64,000 nt of DNA from the human T2T-CHM13v2.0 reference genome, Homo sapiens. A program made the position numbers and the translations under genes. The notes beneath the pieces were generated by a model. It was not told where the DNA came from. It saw nothing but the letters and a program-made list of their open reading frames with translations, and made no database searches. The number at the start of each line of letters is the position of its first letter. Positions within the stretch are counted from its first letter, which is position 1. Shown here in pieces: positions 43,771 through 58,119 of this stretch. The stretch lies in assembly GCF_009914755.1 (NCBI RefSeq), contig NC_060925.1, one strand, 5' to 3'.

Positions 43771-44577
43771 AATTAGAACCTCAGTTTCCTTTGTGCTGTC
43801 ACCCTACTGGTAAGAATTCTTACACTGTAGATGCACTGGGTGCTCAGAATTTTATCGATGATCTTATTATGGAAAGCTATTAATAAGCTCCAAATCAGAG
43901 ACCTGCTCTGGAACCACGGAGCAGGGAGCAAGGGAGAAACTGCTATCTTTTCTTCAAACGCTCGGACCTAGCACAAGTACAGAACGTAGTGGCTGCAGGC
44001 TCGGCCGTGCTCCTAACAGCGCTGACAGCTGGATTGGCGGACGCACTCCAGCATCACTGTCAGGAATTAACACGTTCCCAATTTTCACTGCACCCTTCCA
44101 CTCTTGTGTGAAATGGAGTGGAATGTTCTTTTCAGCGTTCATCTCTAAAGGGAGAAGAACTATTTCTCACTATGTGAATACCTCACGGGGGATTCCCATT
44201 AAATAAAACTGCTTGATGATGACCTAATTTGTTCATTCAAGAGAAGAAACTCTTCCTATCCATACATTATTGTTGTTATGGTTTCCGTTGTTAAATTATA
44301 CATAAAAAGCCTCAGCTGAACCAAGCCTATTTTAGAAATAAAAATGTTCTTGGGACATGAATCTTAATGAGATCCTTATTTTAAATTGCGCCTGAAAATA
44401 TGCATTGTTTTCAGTGCTTCCTTATATTTTCACCAATTTGTTGTCCTAAATGCATTTTAAAAAAGTTATAAAATGCATTTTCTTATAATGTGTTCTAGGT
44501 TTGTCTGTTGCCTTTTTGGTCTTAGGTTACTTTTTAGTGACCAGAAAATAAAATGTGTAGTTAAAAGAGGTTTTCCA

Positions 44578-45048
44578 GGCTGGGCGCAGTGGTTCACGCC
44601 AGTAATCCCAGCACATTGAAAGGCCAAGAAGGGCAGATTGCCTGAGCCCGAGAGTTCTTTACAATGCAGCTTTTTTACAATGTCTAGATCCCTGTCCCAT
44701 CCACGCACATATGCACAGACACACTACAGAGCGCCCAGCTCACAGCAGACACTAAATGGTGAGAGAATGCAAGAGGGGGTCAGTGGTCCTGTGTCTCCCT
44801 AAGTCCTGGGCAACAAGGCAAACACCTGTCTCTATAAAAAATTTAAAAAAAAAAAATTAGCCAGGCATGGTGGTGTACATGTCTGTAGTCCCAGCTACTG
44901 GGGTCGGGGGAAGGGAGTTGGGAGTGCTGAGGGGGTTGGCAGGTTGAGATGGGAGGATGGCTTGAGTCTGGGATGTTGAGGCTGCAATGAGCCACTGCAC
45001 TCCAGCCTGGGCAACAGATTGAGATCCTCAAAAAAAAAAAAAAAAAAA
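44578..45048 (+). mobile_element. AluJ carrying a non-Alu insertion and a G-rich expansion
   Basis: TSD AGGTTTTCCA on both sides; left arm broken at 44657/44807. Confidence 0.9.
44658..44806 (+). repeat. direct repeat copy B (templated insertion inside Alu)
   Basis: matches 41505-41636 with a few substitutions and a 9-nt indel. Confidence 0.95.
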
Positions 45049-45180
45049 TCAGGTTTTCCAAAATGATATGCCAATTCATGCCGTTCGCCCTCCAAAATAA
45101 ACCCCTTTACAGTCTTTTGCCTTCCCTGTGTCCACTTTTCCTCTGTACTAAATCTTTTCAAACACAAATGAATCTATAAA

Positions 45181-45446
45181 CAAGTGTTTTCCCAAGATGC
45201 GGTTCTTAGAACACCAGTTCTGCAAGCTCCTCTCTGGGAAAGAAGCTGGCCAGTGTATCTGGGAAACCTGGCACATTCTCTCTCTGAGGATTACATCTCA
45301 CATTAAGACTCTCAGTCAAGAAACTTGCTGAACTTGGCCCAGCCCAGCATTTTCCAAATTTATTTGGATGTGGAACCCTTTTCCAAGCAAGATTTATTAA
45401 TACACTGTGGAATTTGTATTTCCAGGATTACACTTTAGGAATTGGT
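45181..45446. mobile_element. MER103-like hAT-Charlie MITE
   Basis: TIR-like GTGTTTTCCCAAG..GAACACCAGTTC; CAGCATTTTCCAAATTTATTTG..GGAACCCTTTT; ACACTTTAGGAA. Confidence 0.7.
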
Positions 45447-46220
45447 GATTTAAACCATCTAATATATGGAATAATTTTAGATCAAATAAAACTGAGATGT
45501 CAAGATCCACCATAAGAATTTTTTAAGAGAATTAAGAAGAAGCTGGCTCTAATTGCTATTTGTGAATTTTATAAAGTCATTTTGCTAAAAAAAAAAATAA
45601 AAATGTTTTAAATAACTGGAAGGGTAGACATCATGTCAGAATTCTGAAACTATACTAAATAAAAAGCTTCCAGAAATACCCCTTTTTCCCCCATGGGAGC
45701 TATAACCCAAAGTGTGGTACAGTTTATCTTGGTTGAGTCAGCTTCCCCATTAGCCCCAACACACCTGGAGTATTTAAAAGTAGTCCCCTAGGTATAGATT
45801 CCTGCAGCATTGGAAGTAGATTCAAGGCTCAGAAGAAAGGGCCACCCAGTCCAAACCTATTCTACTATTACTTGAGCCCCACCCTTGCCCCCCAAAAACA
45901 ACCATGCACCCCAGCAGGCTCTAAGCTGCCAGAAGAACTGCATGTTTGACAAGCCTTATATGTGCTTTCTTTCCCTTGAGGCAGAGCTAACGGAGAAAAA
46001 GTACACACAAACATTACCCTTGAGAACAAGACAGTCAAGCTAGTAGTCTAAGGACTGTTCAAACTGTGACCCATCTGGACTAATTTTTATTTAACGAAAA
46101 CATTTTATAAAAGGAACTCCAGGTATGTCAGGCACCTGGACTAATAGGAAGAGGGGGAATAGGCAAATGAAAAGGGCTGCATTTAGTCCTTCTCAATCGG
46201 AGAGGTTCTTCAGAAAGTGA

Positions 46221-46550
<330 letters not shown>

Positions 46551-47159
46551 TAAAACACCTAAAAAATTGCCGTTTGACACCCCTGCCTATCCATGGCTTC
46601 CTATAGCACACTTCCTTCTCCCTACCCCACATATGAAGGCACAGAAGGTAACATGGATGCAAGTATGAGATTATGCATTAAATTTCTCCCATATTCCTCA
46701 CAACACTTAGCAGAGAACTAGATAATAAATAGATGTCCAAATAAGTAATAATTGATTGATTAATTAATTGATCAACTGATGGCCCTTCTAAAGTTACTAA
46801 TTATCTGAGAGAAGCTGGACTCATAATGCAAACACTTTGTTCCTGTTTCACCCCAGGAGATTATCTTACATTTCAAGGGAACTTCACAGATTGAACTGGA
46901 CTATGAAAAATGAACCAAAACAAGCTGGCAAATAGTTCTCAAATTGTATTCCACCCACAAAATTTGCATTGCTTCTGTTTGTCAAATGCCACCAGGCCCT
47001 TCATATCTATCATCTTCTCCCACATAGAATAGCCTGAAACTGTGAAGTTGTGTGTGCATACATGCTTTCTGTTACCTAATAATTATGAATTTTATGGAAA
47101 CTTTCTAAAGGAATACAAATAATAGGCAAAATCTGTCTCATCTAAGCCCATCTAGTGAT

Positions 47160-47442
47160 TGTTTTGTTTGTTTTTGAGACAGAGTCTCGCTGTCGCCCAC
47201 GCTAAAGTGCAGTGCCATGATCTCAATTCACTGCAGCCTCCGGCTCCTGGGTTCAAGCAATTCTGCCTCAGCCTCCCGAGTAGCTGGGACTAAAGGCGTG
47301 TGCCACCACACTCTACTAATTTTTTGTATTTTCAGTAGAGACGGGATTTCACCGTGTTAGCCAGGATGGTCTCAATCCCCTGACCTTGTGATACACCTGC
47401 CTTGGCCTCCCAAAGTGCTGGGATATAGCCACAATGCCCAGC
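47160..47442 (-). mobile_element. AluSc-like
   Basis: CCGTGTTAGCCAGGATGGTCTCAATC. Confidence 0.88.
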
Positions 47443-47450
47443 TATAATTA

Positions 47451-47970
<520 letters not shown>

Positions 47971-48699
47971 AGAAAAAAACTATCCAGTGTGCATAAAAAT
48001 TGTAGCATGCCTCTGCATCCATGCTTCTCATACTTTCACAGGAAATGAAAGTGATACTTAATTATCAAAATAAAAATCCACAGAATCTACATGTGCAAAA
48101 CAACTTCCTTTTTCTGTTATTCTCAGTCACCTAAGGACAAGAACTGAAAGAGATCTTTTGGCTGTTGGTTCCAAGAAACAAAAGTATTTTCCTATTCAGA
48201 ATAAGTAATCTCTTAGGGTAACTTATATACTATTTAAACAATGATACTATGTAGTAAAATAAAATACTAATCGCCACTCAAGAAATTATATTTGATTTGA
48301 TATGGAATATGTAAATGCCTCTGAGTCAACCAATAATCAAGCTCTGTGCTTTTCTCTCCATGGTGCTCAACTTCTAACAAAACGTTGTCTTTCAATTTTT
48401 GTGACCTCAAAGTCCAGGACTGCTGATTCAATCTCACGCTACTCCTCTACGAATATTTTAGGGCAGTTTGATGGGACATTATGTCCACAATCTATCCAAG
48501 CCAAATCAAGGTTATTGACAGGATCTCACATAGATAAATTTCACCTTTAAAAGTTTTCCACCGTCAGGAAAATGGGGCTGCTACAGGCTGGTGTTTATGC
48601 TGCCACCTCTCGGCCTTATAAGGAAATACATCTCAGGGAGAGGAAAGGAGAATTCTTGCTGCAAATTATATTCCTATTGTATTTATGTTAGGGCCCATG

Positions 48700-48840
48700 A
48701 ATGCTTCTTAAATGGGGAAAGAGGAGCTCACAGCCTGCAGAATATTATGAAAGCCTGAATCCTCTCTCCAGAAAAAAAAAACACATACACAATAGTTTTT
48801 TGTAGATAAATTTGGACGTCTTGAAGCCCATCCATGTCCC
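48700..48840. mobile_element. Charlie4z-like hAT MITE
   Basis: ATGAAAGCC..CCTCTCTCCAGAAAAA..CACATACACA..TGAAGCCCATCCATG. Confidence 0.6.
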
Positions 48841-49325
48841 ACTTTCTATACTACAAATTCAGCAGAGCAACCTCATTTTTCGTGTTGTGACAAAAATTCT
48901 GTAAAATGGAAGAAACTGGACATTCTGGGAGGATGGTTAGAATATAAGATACCAATAGCATCTTATTCAGAAGAAAAATTTTGACATCAAATGATTTTTA
49001 GTTCAAAATTAGTAGTGTGTTGGGGGAAAAAAAAAACCGATAAACTTTTCCCTGCAGCCAAGAATGTTTGGATTTTGTTTCAAAGTTAATCAATTGGAAA
49101 GGCTCTCTGGGAATTCTGGGTGGTATTTCCAACAGAAACATTATGCTTTTGACACCTCTATTGTTGATATGTTAAATCCTCTGGCAGTTGAGTTTTGGAT
49201 CAAGTAACTCGGTGGGTCTGCTGCACGTGGTCTGTTTATTTGTTTAGCTTATAGAAATGTCTTCTGTGTTCCTATGAATATTTTTGCAGCACAGGTTACA
49301 CAGAGCTGTCAGCTGCCTCCAAGTG

Positions 49326-49872
49326 TTTTAAGGACGGATGCTTGACTTGTTTAAGATTTAAGCACAGGCTTAATTTCATCACTAAGAATTACTAATGGCA
49401 CATAATATATACCATTAAACAAATACATCTATCTTGAGACATTTTATTGTCATCAGCCATATTAAGACCCAGAATCTGTTTTGTGTGTGTGTGTGTGTTT
49501 TTTGTGTTTTTTTTTTTTTGAGACAGAGTCTCACTCTGTAGCCCAGGCTGGAGTGCAGTGGCGTGATCTTGGCTCACTGCAACCTCTGCCTCTGGGGTCC
49601 CGGTTCAAGCAATTCTCCTGCCTCAGCCTCTTGAGTAGCTGTGATTACACGCATGCATGACCATGACCAGCTAATTTTTGTATTTTTAGTAGAGACGGGG
49701 TTTCACCATGTTGGCCAGGCTGGTCTTGAACTTCTGACCTCGTGATCTGCCTGCCTCAGCCTCCCAAAGTGCTGGGATTACAGGCGTGAGCCACTGTGCC
49801 TGGTCAAGACCCAGAATCTTAATATCTCTACTTAAAATGCTTATATTTGAACTGGCTAGGTTTGTTTAAAGG
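49326..49872 (+). repeat. local duplication copy 2 (split by Alu 49478-49805)
   Basis: homologous to 47451-47970. Confidence 0.9.
49478..49805 (-). mobile_element. AluSg-like
   Basis: full Alu; TSD AAGACCCAGAATCT. Confidence 0.93.
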
Positions 49873-50860
49873 TATCAATGGGAGAGCATATCCCAGTGCT
49901 CTCCAAATCTGGAGGCCTCCTCATTCTCCCCAAAATGAAGTCATTCTTCCCATTTCCTACCTAGGGAAAAGTGTCTGGCTGAGTCGTTGGAGCATCTGAG
50001 AAACTGCTTGAACTAATCCATGCAGTCTTCCACTCTAATGGCATGATTGGCAGATACCTAAAGAGATATCGATTGGTCCAGTTCATCCAACACACTGTTC
50101 CTTTTGCCTGTCAGTGTGACCAAGGTATTAGCCCAGTAACACTTGAAACCCCTTACACTTCCCTTTCATAAAATTAGCACTCTCTTTATGAGTTCTCCCA
50201 AATATCTGCTGCATGTTAACAGAATAAACAATTTTTTTACATGTACAGTGACAGAACCTGGTCACTTGGTCTGCCTAGAGGAACAAGCAGTTCTCCCATC
50301 CTCCTTTTTGTCCTCATTAAGTTTCATTTTTATCTTTGCTGCTACTCTCATAACTCTCATATTATTCCATCAACATGCAATATTTTATCTTGGAAAGTAG
50401 ATCATCATTATTTTATGGGAGAAAAAAGGTTTCTCAGTGCCCTGTGAGTGTTACTACCAGCTAAGAACAATTGAACAGACTCCTAACTGATGAAGCAGCG
50501 AGCCCTAATAGTGTTGCTGCTGCCCAGTCTGGGTTGCTTCAGGAGTTTTTACGTTTTATTAACATAATAAAATGTAGCTTCTAGAGTTATCTACAGTACG
50601 TAATTACAAATGCATATTATTGATATTATCCACGTGATGCTTGAGTTTGCTTTTCCATTAATAGAAACTCTGCATTTTATAAATTAATCATACAAAGAAT
50701 GAATGATGGCTTATTCAAGTCTGTCTATAAATCGGTATTTTAGAAGCAGTTATACTCACAGTAGAGTAGCCGTTTCTTTAGTGACACAGTTTGTTCCAAA
50801 AGATGATTTTAAATGCATTTGTTCATAAACACAAAGTGGTACTATACAAGTAATAAAATG

Positions 50861-51028
50861 GGCCGGGCGTGGTAGCTCACACCCGTGATCCCAGCACTTT
50901 GGGAGGCCGAGGCGGTAGGATCACTTGAGGCCAGCCTCAGCAACATGGCGAGACCCTGTTCTCTACAAAAATTCACTAGGCATGGTAACACACACCTATA
51001 GTCCTGGTTACTCAAGAGACTGAGATGG
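50861..51028 (+). mobile_element. truncated AluJ-like
   Basis: left arm plus start of right arm, ending at GAGACTGAGATGG. Confidence 0.8.
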
Positions 51029-51459
<431 letters not shown>

Positions 51460-51460
<1 letters not shown>

Positions 51461-52350
51461 CTCCAAACTCTACTTGTCCAGAGTCAGAACAAAAACCACC
51501 AAGGTCTTTTGCCAGTGTCCCCATCACAGGAGATGGCACCACCATCATCCAGCCCCAGAAACCAACCCAGGGGCCATCTGCGTCTCCCCACATCTAACCC
51601 ATCAACAAGCTTTGTGGATTTTGCATGCCACGTATCTCTTGGATTTGTCTATTTCTCCCCACCTCCACTGTCACCCTCTGGTTTGAACTCCATCATATCT
51701 CACCAGAGTTCATGCAGTTGGCCCATAGCCCAGCTCTCTGCATCCACCCCAGGTCTATCTCAAATCCATTTTCCATGTTGCAGCAAGAGGAGTGATGTGA
51801 AACCCAAACCATGCCACCCTTCCCACATCGAAAATATTTCAATTGCTTTCTATTGATCTTGAGACAAACAATAAATTCCTTTCCATAGCCCACAAACTCT
51901 TCCTACATGGTTTGACTTCGTGTAGCATTCATCTCTTCCTAGTATCAAAATGACCTTCTTTCAGTTCCTCAGCCTCAACTCTCCCTCTTGTCACAAGGGC
52001 TGTAAAGCACAAATTCTGCTCCCATTTAGTTGGTTAACTCTTACTCATCTTTCAGATCCCAGCTTCAGATACTATTTTCTCAAGGAAGTTTTTTCTTACT
52101 AGGCCCAATTTCTCTATTGTGAGCTTTCTTAGCACCTTGCACCTCTTGCTCATATTGAAATTTTATCATTACTGACGTTATTATTTGAATAATATCTATC
52201 TCTCTGATTTATCTATAAGTTTCATGAAGGTAGCATCTGCTTTTGGTCCCCACTCTTGCTCTGATGTCTTGCTGAGTAACTAGCATGTAGTACAAACTCA
52301 ATAAATGTGTTGGTTGGTTAGTTGGTTGGTTGAATGAGTAAATGAGTAAA
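51460..52350 (+). mobile_element. L2 3' region
   Basis: ATGGCACCACCATC, TCCATTTTCCA, ACTCAATAAATGTGTTGG..GAATGAGTAAATGA terminus. Confidence 0.65.
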
Positions 52351-52379
52351 TTACAAAACAATGCTTCATTCCAGGCTTC

Positions 52380-52988
<609 letters not shown>

Positions 52989-55900
52989 TTAAAGGCTTCT
53001 AAAATAATGGTGATGTTAAATCTCTTGAGTTCTTATCCTGAACCTTGTGCTGCATTGAGCTTACGGCCCAAGTGAGGACTCATCCCTTAACCATGTGTGG
53101 CGTATGTCCTTGTTCATCGTTTTAGAAAAATACGCTACTTTTATTTTCACTGGTGTCATCTGCCTTCTCTTACTAGAACTTTTAACCCTCTCCCTGTTTC
53201 TGCACTTAGAGATCATCATGAGGTTAGTAACGTCCAAATGACACCTCAAAAGTAAGTCACAGCACGGCAAACATCCCACAGGCTATGGCTGAGATTAACC
53301 CCATGCACCCTGTAACTCCATCTGTTGCTGGCATGATGTATTGGCACTCTTGCCCTGGAGGGTGCCTCTCAGGACAGTGCTCCCCACAATAATTGGAACA
53401 TCCTTCACAGCTCTCCTGGTCCTCATTCCTATCACAGAACGCTCACCTCCATCCTGCGTCTCAAAGATGGCAACTTCTCAATGGTCACTTCAATGTTTCT
53501 GCATAACCCTCCTGACCATATTCTTTTTCCTTTGCCACCAGGCTTAAACTTTTTGTAGGCATCTTTTTCTTCTTTACTAGATTTTAAATTACTTGAGAGC
53601 AAAGATCTTATTGCAACATATTGCTTCAGGAAACCTTCTTTTTCTATCAAATTGAATCTTTCGAGAATGACCAAATGCATAAACAAATAGATAAATGAAT
53701 AAATAAACAAGAGCCCAAGTGAGAAACTTATTCATCTCATCTCCCATATTCTCTTGTAATATTAATCAATGTTAATTACAAAACCACAATGCAAATTATC
53801 TCTAAAATTCATTGACACTAGGTTCTAGTCTGGATTTCTTAAACCAAATAACTGGAGTAATTGAAACTAGAATAAGAATTTTTGGTTTAGTGAAGGTGAA
53901 AAAAACTTCTAGAATACTCCCTTTCACAAGAATAGAATGGACATCTTCAGGTTCATAAAATCTGAAAGAAGGAAGAGGTTGACATCCTCATTTCAGAATG
54001 AAGAGGGGAGAAAAGGCCACCAGTACTGATTGGATAGTTGCTGTGTGTTGGCAACCATGCTAGGCACTTTCAAGTAGTTTATTGAATTCACTTCCAGGGA
54101 AGCCACCTCAGTTTTATCTCCATTTTACAAATTAAAACTCTGACACTAAGAAGGTTTGCCAAAAGTATCACAGCTATGATCTGGCAGACCTGGTTCTTGA
54201 ACCCCAGGCTGACATACAGAATGCCACTGTGAAAACTCTATCCCCTCACCTACTTCAAAATGGAATGCCTTCCAAGTCCCTTCCCTGTGTTATAATTACT
54301 GTTAATTTTCTACCAATACTTCCCTTCTCTCTTCTCTTCTCAAATGCCAAAATTTTATCTCACCTCCAATTCTGCTACCTTTCCCTACCCTTATGCACAC
54401 TCCCTTCCTTGCCTAGCCTTGATCTCTTCTCAGAAATCTCCACTGGCCAAGAACGTGTTTCTTAGGACATGGCCACCCCCAGTCCTCTAAAAGTCTGTAG
54501 CACACTCTTTGACCCTCTCGAGATGTTCAGGGCCCTTCCTGGAGCTTGACACTTGACCAAAAAAAAAAAAAAACATGAATAAAACACACATGTAAATTTG
54601 GCCTGGATCATTGATAATTATATAGTTATTTAACAACCTTCTATATTCAGGAGTCAAGCCTACACCGATCATGACAAATGACACCAACCTAATGACCACA
54701 GTAATTCATTGTCCTGTTTAAAGAGATTATTTAGCAAAGTCAAGGTTAAAACCATGTAACGGAACAAATTAAGGGGTGATATTACAGGACCTCCATCACA
54801 CTTTTGGTATACACTTCAGCTAAGAAACATAGCTATATTTAATATTCCTCTAATTTTTAATTTTTTTCCCTTTGTACATTTTAAAATATCATAGGAGAGA
54901 TTGTTTGAAATCTTGTAAGAAAATTTTTTTCCAGAAACTTTAGCCAATACAACCTTTGCTTTTTTCCATTTATTTTTTAAATTTCTTAATATGAAAAATT
55001 TAAGATTAAGACAATGGCTCTTTTCATGACTAAAAACAGCATTTCATAAGGGTCTGACCAAAGTTATAGCCCCATGCTATCATGTAATTCACATTTATTG
55101 GTGGAGAGCGGGGTGGGGGGTCAATTTCAATTTTTTAAAATGACACCAGGGTTAGAAGGCTCCCGTCAGTGAGCTTTGCCCCTATGGGCTGAGGGCCCCT
55201 GAACACACTGGAGAAAGCAAGGGCAGCCCAGTGACCTGTGCAGAGAATTTGTATCCTGTGTTTTAAAGGGAAAGAATATGAAGAAAGAAAAGTTCATTCT
55301 GAGATGAACAAGGAGTGTGGTTTAACCTGCCCCCTGTGTAATCACTCCGCATATGCAATGAAGGGAAGAAGGCACTGCATTTTTAAGAGCTCCACAATCT
55401 CCCGTTTGGTGACATAGGATGTTTGCAAACTCCTGGAGAGAAGGGTTACTGTACTCAACCCACACTCCCTGTGGGCCATCAATGCCATTTATTTGTCATG
55501 ATTTCAGCTGATTAATATGTAACCACAGAGGCAAAAGAAATAATTTCACAATCTGCACGTCGCAGCAATTTTCAAATTCCTTTAGGTTGAAAGCAATCAC
55601 CAGCAAGGCTTTCTCCACTCTGACATATTTATTCTTCCTCTTCAGATTCAAACCATTCCAAAAAGTGAGCAAAAAATACAGCAAAAGCAGCCTGCTTGTC
55701 TACAGTATTTACATGCTTTACATACCCTAAAAATATATAGCTTATTAATGACTGATTTTCCAACCTCTTCAATAAGCTTTTTTATTAGTGTGACAATTTT
55801 TAACTTGTAAGTGTCAAGCCGTCTCTCACTGTGCGTGTCTCCTTTATGATATTTAATATAAAGATAGAAGAGTATTTATATCCCTCACAATAAGAGAACG

Positions 55901-58119
55901 AATTGTTTTAAGGTTATACAGCCTAGATGTGATAAAGAAAGAAGGAACCTTACAAAATGATAAATATTTTCATTAAAAAACTTTAAAACTAAAAGTTCAA
56001 AGATATGTTCTCCTCTCTTATTTCTTGTCAAAACATGACTTAAAACCCAAAACTAATCTACTTTCAATTTTATTCCATATTTCAGTGCTGTCATAGTACT
56101 CAGCAGAGAGTATTGGAATACGATCATTTTTTATTTTGTTGATGTTACCGACAGCTTTATTTCACAAAGCAATCTTATACTATGTCTACCAGTGGCAGGG
56201 CATAGAGGTCAAATAGTCTAGCCTTACAGGTAGAGAGCTTATTAAATGGCACGTCTATTAAACCCGATGGACAACATAAAGAAACATTACAGCAAAATAC
56301 TTTTAACATAGTTCAATGAAGATATGGCTCAAAAGGGTAGTAAATAATTTAAACGGAGACCAATAGGGAATTTGTTATATTTTTTACTAGCATCTTCAAA
56401 TTATATTTCAAGCAGAGTGGTTAGAATAGAGAAAAACACAAAAGCTTACAAACCTCATGTCGTGGGTATTTCCTACAGCAAATGTAAAAGGAACATCAAC
56501 CCAAATCCAAATATTAATAAATCAACAATTCTATCACAGAGTTCATTTAAAACAATCTCAGCATAAATATTATATCACTGTGAACTAAGGAAACAGTTTT
56601 TTAAAAATTACCTTACTGTCTTTTTTATTTTTGTTTTGGAAGACAGTCAATTTTAAAATTCTACTTATGGTAGCACCAATTCATGACAAAACCTCACTTC
56701 TAAGAAAAACTGCACCAGAAGAATAGAATAGAAATAATATGGAAAATACGTGTTTACTTATTACATATTATTTGGTGTGAAAATCTAAATTAGAAAATAA
56801 CATGTGTGAATTCATAGTTGGGAATTTCTTTTTTTTTCAGATATCCCTGGTAACTCTTTGGTTATCAAAAATCAAGCTGATTATCTTTTTAATCACAATG
56901 TTTTTCTCCTGTATATGTTCAACTATATTTAGGAAAACCAAAAGAAAAAGAAAAAGAAAAAGAACAGAATCCATGAAAGAGATCGCGACTTCTTATCCTT
57001 ATATACAAGCTGTGATTTACGGCCAAAATAACTAACTGAATCTGTAACTTTTAATAAGTTTATCATAAATGCTATATCTCTTAATCCTGAAATTGGGTCT
57101 CTGGTCTCTTACCAGGAATATAAACTACTTGATCAAGGATTATCAGTGGATTCACCTAGTAGGATAATTAATAAGATACAGAAACATAAAACATGAGTTG
57201 TTAAAGTTTACAATTACCTTCCCTCACAGCATCGCTCTAAACGCACTGTCCTTGCTTCAGCACACAGTAAATCATCTACCTAAATGTATTTGCACCCAAT
57301 CATTTTTTAAAGTCACAATCTTTGTAGTGTCAACTTGTCAAGGGTCAAAGGGAAGAACAGGCAAGATTCCCAAATCAATCTGCTTGTAGAAACTGTCTCA
57401 TTTCATTTCAAATTACCTGCTGTGGTTGAAGCAGGCTATGGACAAACTGCCTCCTCCATAAACCATGACAGCACAGGTCGAACTTATGTGATCATTCATA
57501 AGGGGCAAGTCATGCCGGTTCTGTCATTAACTACTTTTAAACGGCTGTGCAGGGTTAAGTGATCTTGCAGGGCAGCCGCAGATATAAATACTGTTTGGAC
57601 AGTTTAATGTCAAGAGACAACTCCTCTGGGATTAAAACTGTGTAACCCAATAGGATGGTTGTCGATACAAGGATTAAGGTACTTCGGTCCAGTTACTTGA
57701 AGTCATGCCTTTACATGTTTTGTCCAAGTGACCCTATAGGAGACCTCAAATGAGTGCCGTTCATCTACATCATGCAACTCCCAGACAGCATTCTGAGAAT
57801 ATTAAAAATAACTTCAGGCATTCAGAGGCTCACTCTCCCAGGTGTTCAAGAGTTTACGTTTGTCCTTGTGAGGCTGACCAGAAAATGAGAGCACATTGCT
57901 GTTGGGAGCAGGTGCCTTGCAGCAGCCTTACAGCCTTGGGCTTCCAGAGCTCATGATCAATGGGAATATCAAAGACCCACTGCTGTCCATAACATCAGGG
58001 AAGTTGGGTACAGTAAATTGTGCAAAAAAGAGCCATGATATAAGAAAAAGGACTGAAATGCCTATTCCATTGCTTTTCTAGTGCCCATCCCTTGAGATAA
58101 ACCCTATAATGTCTAAAGA

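Noticed and set aside
43089-43776. 133-aa and 117-aa ORFs over the CpG island
   Set aside because: GC richness suppresses stop codons; no recognisable homology.
57100-57420. Several minus-strand donor-like motifs (CTG|GTAAGA, AAG|GTAATT, CAG|GTAATT)
   Set aside because: No matching strong acceptors or open coding frames; chance occurrence is likely.
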